Part shown: one piece after another, positions 27,802-50,075 of the stretch
How the letters are laid out: each line of letters starts with the position of its first letter
Position numbering within the stretch: the first letter of the stretch is position 1
DNA from: the human T2T-CHM13v2.0 reference genome, Homo sapiens
Assembly: GCF_009914755.1 (NCBI RefSeq)
Contig: NC_060938.1
Reading direction: 5' to 3' (one strand)
Length of the DNA: 64,000 nt
Translations under genes and position numbers: made by a program
Notes under the pieces: generated by a model
Databases searched by the model: none
Told to the model about the DNA's origin: nothing
What the model saw: the letters and a program-made list of their open reading frames with translations, nothing else

Positions 27802-29975
27802 TAGGCATACCTCATTTTATTGCGGTTTGCTTTATTGTGCTTTGCAGATATTATGTGTTTTTTTTTACATTTGTGGCAACCCTGTGTCAAGTAAGTCTAT
27901 CAGCATCAGTTTTCCAAACATCAGGTGCCCACTTTGTGTCTTTGTATCACATTTTGGTAATTCTTGGAATATTTCAAACTTTTAAAAATTATTATTTTAT
28001 CTGTTATGGTGATCTATGATCAGTGTGATTTTCAGTGTTACTACTGCAGTTGTTTTGGGGCACCACAAACTGTGCCATATAAGACGGTGAACTTCATTGA
28101 TCAATGTTGTGTGTGTTCTGACTGCTCCAACAGTTGTCTGTCTCTCTGCCTCTCTCCTCGGGCCTCCCCATTCCCTGAGACACAACAATACTAAAATAAG
28201 GCCAATTAAGAAGCCTGCAATGGCCTCTAAGTGTTCAAATGAAAGGAAGAGTCCCTGTCTGTCACTTTAAATCAAAAGCTAGAAAAGATTAAGCTTAGTG
28301 AGGAAGACATGTCAAAACCCAAGACAGGCCAAAAGCTAGGCCTCTTGCATCAATCAGCCAAGTTGTGAAAACAAAGGAAAAGTTCTTGAAGGAAATGTAA
28401 AGTGCTACTCCAGTGAACACATGAATAATAAGAAAATGAAACAGCTTCATTGTTGATGAAGGCTGAGAGAGGTGAGGAAGCTGCAGAAGAAAAGCTGGAA
28501 GCTAGCAGAGGTTGGTTCATGAGGTTTAAGGAAATAAGCTGTCTCCATAACATAAAAGTTCAAGGTAAAGTAACAAGTGCTAATTTAGAAGCTGCAGCAA
28601 GTTATCCAGCTCCAGCTAAGGTAATTGATGAAGGTGGCTACGCTGAGCAATAGGTTCTCGATGTAGAGGAAACAGCCTTCCATTGGAAGAAGATGCCATC
28701 TAGGACCTTCCTAGCTAGAGAGGAGAAGTCAATGCCTGACTTCAAAGCTTCAAAGGACAGGCTGACTCTCTGGTTAGAAGCTAGTGGAGCTGGTGACTAG
28801 ATGTTGTAGCCAATGCTCATTTTCCATTCTGAAACTCCTAGGGCCCTTAAGGATTTTGCTCAAGCTACTTTACCTATACTCTATAAATAGAACCAAGTCT
28901 GATGACAGCATATCTATTTATAGCACAGCTTACTGAATACTTTAATCCTAGTGTTGAGACCTACTACTCATTTAATATTCATTTCAAAATATTACTCATC
29001 ACTGACAATGCATTTAGTCACTCAAGAGCACTGGTGGGGAGGTACAAGGTAATTAGTATTATTTTCATGCCTACTTATATAACATCCATCCTGCAGCCTA
29101 TGCATCAAGAAGTAATTTCAACTTTCAAGTCTTACTATTTAAGAAATATATTTTTTAAGTCTTTAGCTGCCATAGATAGTGATTCTTCTGATGGATCTGG
29201 GCAAAGTCAACTGAGAGCCTTCTGGAAAGGATTCACCATTCTAGATGCCATGAAGTACATTCATAATTAATGGGAGGAGGTAAAAAAATCAATGGATGTC
29301 TTTGGGGGCTTCAAGGCTTCATATGGAGAAATTAACTGCAGATGTGGTAGAAATAGCAAGAAAACTAGAGTTAAAAGTAGAGCCTGAAGATGTAACTGAA
29401 CTGCTACAATCTCTAATAAAACTTTAAAGAATGAAGAGTTGCTTATTATGGATGAGCAGACAGTGGTTTCTTGAGATGGAATCTACGTCTGGTGAAGATG
29501 CTGTGAACATTGTTGAAATGACAACAAAGGACTTAGAATGTCCCATAAACTTAGTTGATAAAGCAGTGGCAGGGTTTGAGAGGACTGACCTCCATTTCGA
29601 AAAAAGTTCTACTGTGGGTTAAATGCTCTCAAAAAGTATTTCATGCTATAGAGAAAACTTTCATGAAAGGAAGAGTCTATCAATATGGCAAAGTTCATTT
29701 CTGTCTTTATTTTAAGAAATTTCCACAGCTATCCCAGGCTTCAGCAACCATTACCCTGATCAGTCAGCAGCTATCAACACTGAAGCAAAACCCTCTGTCA
29801 GTAAAAAGATTATGATTCACTGAAGGCTCAGATAACTGTTAGCATCTTTTAGCAACAAAGTAATTTAAAATTAAGTTGTATATGTTGCTTTTTAGACATA
29901 CGTTTTTGCTCACTTAATAGACGACAATATAGTATAAACATCACTTTTATGTGCACTAGGAAACCAAAAACTTCT
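27802..29975 (+). mobile_element. Tigger1 DNA transposon, near full length, disrupted pogo-like transposase; right TIR missing
   Basis: TA plus left TIR '(t)aggcatacctcattttattgcg'; transposase peptides [25 protein letters not shown] and [20 protein letters not shown]; homology ends at 'gcactaggaaaccaaaaa'. Confidence 0.92.
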
Positions 29976-29999
29976 TATAAATACAAAACAAAACTCATA

Positions 30000-30190
30000 A
30001 CAATTGCCAGTATTTAATTCAGTGCTGTGCTGACGCTGTGCTAAGGGCTTTACATGGATTGCCATATTTTAGTCTCCTCAAAAACCATATAAAGTGGATA
30101 CTGTTACCACCTTCATCTTGAAGGATTTGAGATCCAGAGAGGTTAAAGTCAGCATATGATAACATATCTGGTAAGGGCCAGAGGTATAAT
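30000..30190 (-). mobile_element. MIR
   Basis: 'gctgtgctaagggctttacatggatt...ccagagaggttaaag'. Confidence 0.6.
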
Positions 30191-30254
30191 TCTTTTGTAA
30201 GGCAACTTTGTCAAGGACTTTCAAAGCATATTTGAGAGGAGAGAGGTGGGAGTA

Positions 30255-30739
30255 AGAGGAAGGTAGTTGCCTGCCTCATATTCCCTGGCCCACCTGAGAC
30301 CACCTGCAGCTGCAGGGGAAAACAGTTTTCAACACACCGACAGCTTCCCTCCTCAAGCACCTGCCACTCACTTCTCTGCCTGAGTGGTTCCTCCTGCACT
30401 CTCCCCATGCCTCCATGAATTCTTGGGGATAAGTTGGAAGTGCAGGGGAGCTCATGCCCCTGAGGCAACCCTCCACCAATGAGAGATGGCAAAGGTGGAT
30501 AAGACCCAACTCTGTGTCCTCCAGTGTGGTGATTCTGAGGTGTGCTCTCCAGGGGACTTGAGCCTCAGCTACCCATAGTAGTAACCCTCCCATTAACACA
30601 CTCATTGTTGGCTTTCTCCCCTGCCTATCTCATGTTCCCACTCCCTCAATTCTATGTCCAGGAATCACCACTCAAATAAACTACTGTCACTCAAGTCTTC
30701 ATCTGGGGACCTCTTTTGGGAGGTTCCAAAACTAAGACA
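30255..30739 (+). mobile_element. LTR16C-like solo LTR (ERVL)
   Basis: 'cacctgcagctgc...gacagcttccctcctcaagcacctgc...ggaagtgcaggggag...gcaaccctccaccaatgag...aaataaactact...aactaagaca'. Confidence 0.75.
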
Positions 30740-32159
30740 GTTTAGAGGGGATGTATTTAAATCATCTACGCTCATGAGCATTCCATTTAGAAGAGAGCCC
30801 TATGAGGATTCTATCTTGACTTTTACCAGAAGGGAGAGGACAAAAATTTGAAAAAGGATGTTGAGGAAGATGAATTGTTTTACCAATGGTAAGGGCTGCA
30901 AATGAAGTTATAAAAGGAGTCTTTAAAATGCCACTTGCAGTATCTTGAGAGCAGCACCTTGCAGAAACTAGGCCTGTTTCCAGAGGGTTGGTGATAGATG
31001 GCATCCCCCAAGCCTCTGGGTGATGGAGAGACAGCCTGGGAAAATGCAGGAGAATTCTGTCTTTGTCCTGGGCTGTGAGTCCATCCTTCCCTCATTCTGT
31101 GCATTCACCTCAGACAGAGATAAGCTGATGTTTCTTGTTTCACAATATTTCAGAAAGCTTTGACAATGGAAAGTAACATAAGCACCTCTTTGTATTCTGA
31201 AGGAGCTGACTTTTTGAAGCCTAATTGCTAGGCATTGGTTCTAATACTTTTCTCCAAGGAACTGGTTTAATCTATTTTTATCCTCACAGGTCAGACACAA
31301 GATTTTGGTGATTTCCTACATGCTTTAAAAGCATAATCCCCACCATTTTTGGGACACCCACATCTTATTTAGCTTGATTTTATCTAATGCCTTTTCTAAC
31401 TGAAAGTGAAGGATAGCATACATTTGTTTCTCAAAAAACAATAAATAAATAAAAGCATTGAGATTAATTTGCTCAGACATTTTCGAAGAAAATGTTCTAT
31501 GTCTCTTGAGATAATTTTATACATCTCTCTGTGTGTTTCAATTAGGATTGAGGATGGATGCTCCAGAATTCAGAGAAAGACCCCTATCTAGCTCATTTGG
31601 AATTCCAGGGCAGGGGTATGCTCAAGGCTAATCAAACTGTGGATGCTTTCCCGGCCAGGTTATATATAAGCAGCATCAGATTCAGAAACAGTCGAGTGGT
31701 TTGCCCAGTACATTGCATGTAGATGATTTCCAACAGATATTTACTTAATTTTACTTAAACCAGAAAAGAAAGATACTATATCAGAAAAATGTTTGTAATT
31801 AATATTAAGATCAATTCAAATATTATGAGTAAAATAGCACAGGCAGCACTGTACCTCCAACTTGAGTTTGCTTCCTTAGGTCATGTGCATGAGTGTGTGG
31901 TAGTCTACATGCATGTTCATGATTCAGGACTGAGCGAATATGTGAATTTCATGTCAATTTACTAGACTCCTACAGGCTTAAAACAATGCAATTACCGAGT
32001 TTCTGAAATTAGAAATCTGAAATTTGGTCAACACTAGGCTTTTGAGTTTGTTAGTATTCAGTTTGAATACTTGTTCTGCCTTGGTGGATATGTTACCTAT
32101 GGCAAGTCTCTTTATTTCCCAGAAACCCAGTTTTTTAAGATGTAAGGTTGAGATGATAC

Positions 32160-32790
32160 TCAGCCTAGACCTCTAGGAAGAAGAGCCAAGGCAAGGATTA
32201 AAGCACTGAAGCTTTCTTTTGACAAGTGCAAACCCAGAGCCATGCATGGAAAGGGAAGTAGGGAAGCAAGGCAAGGAAAGATGAGGAAAAATGTGATGCC
32301 ATGTGCCGCTGGGCTGGCCACCACTTCACAGGAAGTTGTTCAGCAGGGTATTCATCAGAAAGCTTATAGAAACCGTATCTCAGAGCTATTCATGCAGGGG
32401 AGAAAGGAGAGGGACTTACTGGTTCAATCCCTTACTATCTCTTGTCTCCCACTGGTACAGATTGACCTCATTGGCAACTACCTTCTCCCCAGCTTCAAGG
32501 TTGCATCTTCTAGCCCTTTGGTGACTGCTCAGGAATCCCACCCCAATGGTCTGCAGTGTGGCATTTGATCCCAGTGTGGAAGCAGAAGGGGATTCAGAGA
32601 TGATGAGGCTCAGCAGGTGTGGTGTGAAAGCTGGGCAGACTCAGGGGTTCACGTGGATGCTGATCAGCCAGGGGTGCTGGGCAGGGGCACAATAAAGGTG
32701 CTCACAGTGGTGCAGCCTGAGAGACGCCTTTGGAATGAAGCAGGTGACCAAGAGAATTGAGAAACCACACAAAGTTTATGCCCAATACAT
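32160..32790 (-). mobile_element. Old ERVL-type LTR, subfamily undetermined
   Basis: Begins with an antisense ERVL-LTR-like terminus 'ctcagcctagacctctaggaagaagagccaaggcaaggatt'; right boundary approximate. Confidence 0.4.
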
Positions 32791-32864
32791 GCTGGTACCT
32801 ACCACGTAGAACTCTAGTCAAAATTGAATCCATGAAAAGTATAGAGCGCAATACCTGGTGTCAG

Positions 32865-33090
32865 AGTGACCATGTGGACTCTGAACCAGATGACTTGAGT
32901 TGACTTTAGCTTTGCCACTTGAAACCATGTAAATGCAGGTAAGTCACTTGCTTTAAACCTTGGGAATCTCACTGTAAAAGGAACAATAATAATTGTATCG
33001 ATTTCGTAGAGTTTGGGGCAGGAATAAATGAGATAATAAAGTGCCTAGCACAATGTCTCATGTGGGTAAGTGGTCAGTAAATGTTAGCCT
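32865..33090 (+). mobile_element. MIR
   Basis: 'tggactctgaaccaga...gtaagtcactt...ctgtaaaagg...aaagtgcctagcacaatg...gtaaatgttagc'. Confidence 0.75.
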
Positions 33091-34179
33091 TGATGGTGAT
33101 GATGATGACAAAGATGATGATAATGAACCAACAGTGTTTTTATGTAAAGCAAAAATTTTGTTCCCTAGATTCCTGGGTTCCTGAAGCAATTCTTCTTTAA
33201 TGTCAATTATGTATAATTATCTGAGGAAATCATTTGTATCTGGCATTTTCTATTTTTTGGTTTGCATTCTTGTTGTAGTTGAATTATATTAAATTTGATT
33301 TCAGTTTCTCTCAAAACCTTGGTTGCTGGAAATTTACCCAGTGGCTGAACATGATAGCAGCAACTGCTGTAAGAAAATCACTATGCAGACTATCGGGCAG
33401 CAAGATCTCTTAATAAATCTTGAGCCTGGTCTGAAGTTTAATAACTTTGAAGGCAACCATAGTTGGCCAGTCAACCAAAGACACACCAACTTTATTAATA
33501 TGATGTTATGGAGTTCTTATCAATGTATGTATCAGTGGGCACCCTAGCAACAGAACCCATCTCAGTGCTGTCTACAAACATTTTTGGTTTCTGGTTTCTG
33601 CAATACTTTCTGAGTATGGATTGATCTGTGTCCTCAACTAGAGGCAAACTAAATGATTTTCATCATTCAGGGCTGAAATGTTCCTCATGAAAAAAAGAAC
33701 TCATTATATATACTTAACTTTAGACACTTTTGTGCTTTCTTGAAAGAAGCCAGGAAACAAGTAGTTAAAAAAAATGGAATATGTTGCCTAAATTCACCAT
33801 AGATGTAGGACAAATCTCAGCAATGCAGATCAGATGTCCATGTGGTCTGTATACCTTTGAAAGCTAAGTCAATTTGGAACAGGGTGTGTGGAGAAGGTGC
33901 AGGAGCCAGGGTACTTCCAAGGAGGATTTACACAATGCAATTTCCTTAGCCTGTCACTGTCTCTCCCCTCCTCCACATACACTTCAGCCTGTGAGCCCGT
34001 CTCATCTAGCTCATGTGCCCTGATAAATATAAACCCCCGAGAGTTGCCTCAATAAGAAAAAAAAAAAAACCTCAGTTACTGACCTGGACCAAGGGCAGTA
34101 GTTCTGTATTGAAGGGAATCATTTTCTCAGCAGGCTTACTCAGCTACATTTTCTCAGCAGGTTTACACAGGTACTAGAG

Positions 34180-34320
34180 ATTGGTTACAACCATGGATTT
34201 AGACTCACTCAGATATTAGTTTGAATCCTGTTCTGTCATTTACCATTTATGACTCTAGGCAGGCTACTGAGTCTCTGCTCCTCAGTTTTCCTATTTCTAA
34301 AATAGGGTTGATGACGAAAA
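34180..34320 (+). mobile_element. MIR fragment
   Basis: 'tttgaatcctgttctgtcattta...ctcagttttcctatttctaaaatagg'. Confidence 0.6.
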
Positions 34321-36140
34321 AAAAGATGATAATGGTAATTACTCTTTAAGAAGCCCCCTAAATGCCCCCTAAACTATACTATGTGCTTCATGTACATTCT
34401 TTCACTCATCTTCACAATCACTCTTTGATGCTTGTACCATCACAAAAGGCAGCACTCTTTAAGGAGTAGTTACTATCATGCTCACTACAAATGTCCACCC
34501 CTGTTACTCCAGAAAAACTCTTTCATTCCTAACTCCAGATACTGCTGCTAGGGTATGACAAATATTCTCATCTGTTTTCTTGAGGCATCAAAGCCTTTCC
34601 CTTTTTGTCCCAGTGCTAGATATATCCAAGATGTACTGATGGAAAGGATATTTTGTTCCATCATTCCTCCAAGAGCTGTGTAGTACAAGTAGTTTTGTCT
34701 TATATTATTTAAGGATATTGATCTGTTCTACTCCACGTTTACTTAATGAAGGGTCCAAATGAGGAATTGTTCTACACAATCAGGCTTCCTTATAACTGAA
34801 CAAAATTTTAAAAGATTAAAGTAAAAGCAATAATAAAAATAATCTTCCCAATAATCCTGTAAAATATCTTTTGGATTTGGGTATTGAATTTTCTTTGGCA
34901 TTGTTGGGAGATTTTGTAATTCAAACTGTTCTTTATTCGGCAGTTACTTTGTCACATTAGCTCCATTTTATAGATCTGTTCTACTGATGCCAGCGCCTAC
35001 AGAGCAGCAGCCCTGATCAAGACAGGTAGTCAGCCTCCAGGAAGGTGAAATCTCTACTGCCAGAGAGAATATAAATACTCATTTCTACCTTTGGCCGTGA
35101 TTTATTAGTAGTGTTTGGATGGTAATTTAACTTAACCCATAATGCATGGCTTATGGGTTATCAGCAGTTTATCATAGGCAGTGCCATGCACTCTAAACTC
35201 CTGAACCCATCCTGAGAACCATCACAGACACAGAATTACTTGTGCTTTTCCAAAATGGCATATTTATTTTAGTTAAAAATTGTAACTTCCTGCAACCTAA
35301 CTATTAGTTGACACATTTTTTAAAAAATCAAGCACAGTTGTCTGTAAGAATGTGCAGAACTATAAGTAATCTAACTGCAGAAGCTCTGCACTGCTTGTGG
35401 AATACACACTAGACTGCAGTATCCATTGGCTCACTTGAGAGCGTTGGGAAGGGCAGGGGCTCCTACGCTCACTTCCAGGAGGTCTGGGTTTGGGCTTCCC
35501 TTGGAAGGTGTCCCCCACTCAGGACTCTGAGCATAAAGCCCACTTGGAGCTCATTTCAGGGACACCCTGGAGTCCTCTTCTGTGTGCAGTGAGACTAAGC
35601 AGAACCCAAGGAGCAGGTTTATGTCTGGGGTTGCCCAGAGGCAGAGGATTGGCTGGTGTGACTTTACAAGGTTTCTTCTAGTTTAATGAAATCTCTTCTG
35701 AGAGACTGTGACGCTGCCACTCTTCTTTAAAAGCCAGGGTTGATGAAGACAGATCTGAAGGAAGAAGCATGGCTATGGTATTTTAAGCAGCTCAGCAAAA
35801 TGGTAATGAGGTGATTCCCGAACAGGACCAACTGAATGACCTGTAGGGCCTGTTGAACACGCAGGTCAGGGACTAGTCTACAGAGCTTTTGATTCAACTT
35901 TTTGTTGTTGTTGTTTTTTGTTTTTTGTTTTTTTTATTATACTTTAAGTTTTAGGGTACATGTGCACATTGTGCAGGTTAGTTACATATGTATACCTGTG
36001 CCATGCTGGTGCGCTGCACCCACTAACTCGTCATCTAGCATTAGGTATATCTCCCAATGCTATCCCTCTCCCTTCCCCCCACCCCACCAGAGTCCCCAGA
36101 GTGTGATATTCCCCTTCCTGTGTTCATGTGATCTCATTGT

Positions 36141-39968
<3,828 letters not shown>

Positions 39969-40031
39969 TATGATGTTAGCTGGTGATTTTGCTCGTCAGT
40001 TGATGCAGTTTCTTCCTAGTCTCGATGGTCT

Positions 40032-40982
40032 TTACATTTTGGCATGATTTTGCAGCAGCTGGTACCGGTTGTTCCTTTCCATGTTTAGCGCTTCCTTCAG
40101 GAGCTCTTTTAGGGCAGGCCTAGTGGTGACAAAATCTCTCAGCATTTGCTTGTCTGTGAAGTATTTTATTTCTCCTTCACTTATGAAGCTTAGTTTGGCT
40201 GGATATGAAATTCTGGGTTGAAAATTCTTTTCTTTAAGAATGTTGAATATTGGCCCCCACTCTCTTCTGGCTTGTAGGGTTTCTGCCGAGAGATCCGCTG
40301 TTAGTCTGATGGGCTTCCCTTTGAGGGTAACCCGACCTTTCTCTCTGGCTGCCCTTAACATTTTTTCCTTCATTTCAACTTTGGTGAATCTGACAATTAC
40401 GTGTCTTGGAGTTGCTCTTCTCGAGGAGTATCTTTGTGGCGTTCTCTGTATTTCCTGAATCTGAACGTTGGCCTGCCTTGCTAGATTGGGGAAGTTCTCC
40501 TGGATAATATCCTGCAGAGTGTTTTCCAACTTGGTTCCATTCTCCCTATCACTTTCAGGTACACCAATCAGACGTAGATTTGGTCTTTTCACATAGTCCC
40601 ATATTTCTTGGAGGCTTTGCTCATTTCTTTTTATTCTTTTTTCTCTAACCTTCCCTTCTCACTTCATTTCATTCATTTCATCTTCCATTGCTGATACCCT
40701 TTCTTCCAGTTGATCGCATCGGCTCCTGAGGCTTCTGCATTCTTCACGTAGTTCTTGAGCCTTGGTTTTCAGCTCCATCAGCTCCTTTAAGCACTTCTCT
40801 GTATTGGTTATTCTAGTTATACATTCTTCTAAATTTTTTTCAAAGTTTTCAACTTCTTTGCCTTTGGTTTGAATGTCCTCCCGTAGCTCAGAGTAATTTG
40901 ATCGTCTGAAGCCTTCTTCTCTCAGCTCGTCAAAGTCATTCTCCATCCAGCTTTGTTCCGTTGCTGGTGAGGAACTGCGTTC
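40032..40982 (-). pseudogene. L1 ORF1 lacking codons 1-22 (spliced out), with R130* nonsense
   Basis: Begins at E23 (ERSSSPATEQSWMEND); TGA at 40661-40659 replaces CGA; C-terminus ...LLQNHAKM intact. Confidence 0.92.
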
Positions 40983-41111
40983 CTCAGATGGAAATGCAGA
41001 AATCACCCGTCTTCTGCGTCGCTCACGCTGGGAGCTGTAGACCGGAGCTGTTCCTATTCGGCCATCTTGGCTCCTCCCCTCTTGATTCAACTTTTTTGTG
41101 GGGCCTGGATC

Positions 41112-41785
41112 ATTTATTTTTTGTCAACTTTATTGAGATATAATTTGCATAACCTTTTGTTAGGGCCATATCCATATGGACTCATTTTAAGTACAAAGTT
41201 TGATCAGTTTCGATGGTAGTATATGCCCCTTTAACCATCACCACAATCAAGATACAGAACATTTCCATCACCCAAGAAAGTTTCCTGTTTTTTGCACTCA
41301 ATCCCTCCATACCCCTGGATCCAGCCATCCAATGATCTGCTATCTGTCCCTATAATTGGTGCCTTTTCTAGAATTTTATAAATATGGTGTTGTATGCCAT
41401 ATTTTTTGTATGTCTAGCTTATTTCTCTCAGCATGATGTTTTGAGATTCATTCTTTTTTTTACATTTCTGATTGATTCATTCCTTTTAATTGGTAAGTAG
41501 TAGTCCATTGTTGGGCTATATTGCAGTTTGTTTATCTGTTCACTTTTTGATGGACATTTGGGTTGTTCCAGATTTTTGCTATGAGCAACCATGTAAAAGG
41601 TCTCTGTGGAATTGCTGGGTCATAAGTGTATGTTTTCCGTTATGAGAAACTGCCAGATTGTTTTCCAAAATGATTGAATTAATTTTGGATTCTAATCAGC
41701 ATTGTTCAAAAATTTGTTACTCCATATCCTCACCAACACTTGGTATCATCAGTCTTTTTAATTTTAGTCATTCTAGTTGGATACA
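41112..41785 (-). mobile_element. L1MB-type 3' end fragment
   Basis: 'caactttattgagatataattt...accaccacaatcaagatacagaacatttccatcaccc...agcatgatgttttgagattcat'; truncated at the L1PA7 insertion. Confidence 0.8.
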
Positions 41786-41795
41786 TATATATGAT

Positions 41796-47777
<5,982 letters not shown>

Positions 47778-48704
47778 TTACCCCGAGGCTCACCCCTAAT
47801 AAACAGGGCCTTGGGGACTCAATCTTTTTGAGCATCCAGGCTTGCCTTCTCTCTGCCACTCTTGCCCACTAATTCTGTAAAGACCATCTCCATGTGCTGT
47901 CCTCACACCTGCCAACTCCATTACTAGTCCCTTGGAGCTGAATTATATTGGATGAGTAGGTGCTGGAAGTGTAGGAGGTCACCTTCCTGACAGACGGACA
48001 AGCAAGAACAAAGGCTCATAGTCATAAAATAGCCTGACCCCTTTGGGAAACCAAAAGTAACTAAATGTCCCTGGAGCATGGGTCAGAAAGGAGAACCAGC
48101 CTACAGAGGGCCTGTCTGCCATGGTCCAGGGTTTGAACTTTCTCCTTGGGAAGGCTGCAATGTGTGTTTCAGAAACTCTTCTGTGTTTCTGAAAAATTAC
48201 CCCAGTATCTGGGAGGAAAATTAATTGGAGGGGAGGAACAAGGGAATAGAAAATTAGAAGTGTCTTGTTGTATTCCAGATGTATCCCCAGGACTTAGCCC
48301 AGTTCTGACTTCTTGTAGGTACCTCGTAATTATTTTTAAATTAAAGAGTGAAAAAAGGTGAATGAATCTTTTTGTGTTACTCATTTGGGTTTTTCTGTGT
48401 CTACCCCCACTCTCCACCCCACAAAAGGTAGTAGAACATATTGGGTGCAGAGCGGGAGGCACTGGGCCCTTCTCAGGTCTAAAGATCATCCCGCCAAGGT
48501 AAAGTACCTTGCCGGTCTCTGGGGCTGTCTTGTCATCGTCATAGTTTTGGGACCTTTTCCACCTGGTCCTCACTCATTCCTTCATTCAGCAGTCTTTGAA
48601 TATTTATTAGAAGCCAGGCGTAAGCTGGGCATATGGAGATGAGAAAACATTATCTCTCCTCTCAAGAAATTTGTATTCTTTCCTCTCATCTGTAAGTCTT
48701 AAGC

Positions 48705-49019
48705 CAGGGCCTGTGAACTTTTTCTATCAAGGGCCAGGTAGTATTTTTGGCTTTGCAGGTCACGTGATCCATTGCAACTAACTCGGCCTTGGTAGTGCTA
48801 AGGCAGCCACAGACAATCATAAACTCAGAGGCCTGGCTGGGCTCCAGTTAAACTTTATGGGCACAGAAACTTGAATTTCATGTTATTCTCATGTACCATG
48901 AATCTTAATCTTCTTTTGGGGTTTTTTTTAAAACCATTTAAAAATGATCAGGGGTTGTTCAAAACCAGGTAGGGGCAGGGCAGAATTTGGCCCATGGGCC
49001 TCAGTGTGCTTACCCCCTG
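48705..49019 (+). mobile_element. MER58B-like hAT-Charlie element
   Basis: CAGGG...CCCTG termini; 'aactttttct...aagggccag', 'gcagccacagacaat', 'ttgaatttcatg', 'aaccatttaaaaatg'. Confidence 0.8.
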
Positions 49020-49139
49020 CCTTAGGTGCTCTTCTCATAATGTATGGACAGAAATCTCTTTATTTTAACCTCAATATGGTCACCACTACCAGGAAACTCT
49101 CTCATGCTTGCCTCTTTGTTTCACCCTCCCACCCCCAAT

Positions 49140-49680
49140 CCCTCCCACTCGAATCCAAAATCTGTGCTATCAGAATAATCTTCCTTCAACATAAACATGA
49201 TCCATTATTCAACACCCACCCTCCAGGTGCCCCCAGAGCTGTGCTGTGGGTGAATCCCAGCCCCCCAGGCCCTTCTGTGTCTGTTCCTCATGGCTCCTCT
49301 CTGTTCTCCTCTCCAGCTTCTTTCTTGCCCCTTCCCATCCCAACACCCCGTTACCCCAGCTGTTCTAAGCCTTTTGCAGCAGCTCTCTCCAGCCTGTGTT
49401 CCTGGGCCCATTGTGTTTTCTCTGCCTTGGATCCTTAACCTTTCTATGTGGTGAACTCCTACTTGCTTTGAAGGCTCAGCTCACTTTTCACCTTTAGGTA
49501 GTTTTCCTTGACCTCTCACCCCAGGCAGAATTAGACATGCCTCCTCTGGGTTCCCAGTACTCCATGACGCCTACTAAACTTGTAGCACCTTGAAGGTTGT
49601 GTCTTGTCCTTTCCTGAGTCCCCAGTTCAGTGTGGACCATATAGAAGATGCTCTGTAGATATTTTCATGAATTCTCAAAC
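49140..49680 (+). mobile_element. L2 fragment
   Basis: 'tgctatcagaataatctt', 'ggtgaactcctactt...aaggctcagctca'. Confidence 0.5.
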
Positions 49681-49959
49681 ATCAAGACCTATTTTTATAT
49701 AATATATAAAAAACAAGTATTGTACATACACTCCTTTATTATTTTTCTCTTCCTAGTTTGATATGTTACTGCCACTATTAAAATTTAAGCTTTTAAGTGT
49801 AGACATAGAGTCCATTTTTCAGTATAGACCTTCCCCTTCCTTTGGAATACATAAAATAACACTCTACAGCTCATGGACTCACCAGTGGGGCCTCTGGGTG
49901 ATCACGGTGGCCTTCATTAAAATAACTTTAACCACCTTCCCTATGAGGAAGCACAGAAT

Positions 49960-50075
49960 GTCACTGAGGTCCTGTTGGTCTTTTCCTTTGACAGATGAGG
50001 AAACTGCAGCCCCAGAACAGTGAAGCAGCTTTCTCAAGGATACTCAGCTGGTAAATGACAAAAACAAAACAGGGG
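49960..50075 (-). mobile_element. MIR fragment
   Basis: 'ttgacagatgaggaaactg...ctcaaggatactcagctggtaaatg'. Confidence 0.7.

Noticed and set aside
40659-41090. 143-aa ORF with novel N-terminus (MNQEGRSQDG...)
   Set aside because: The start is a TTG in the TSD. The ORF is only the 5'UTR read in frame across the splice junction and ends at R130*.
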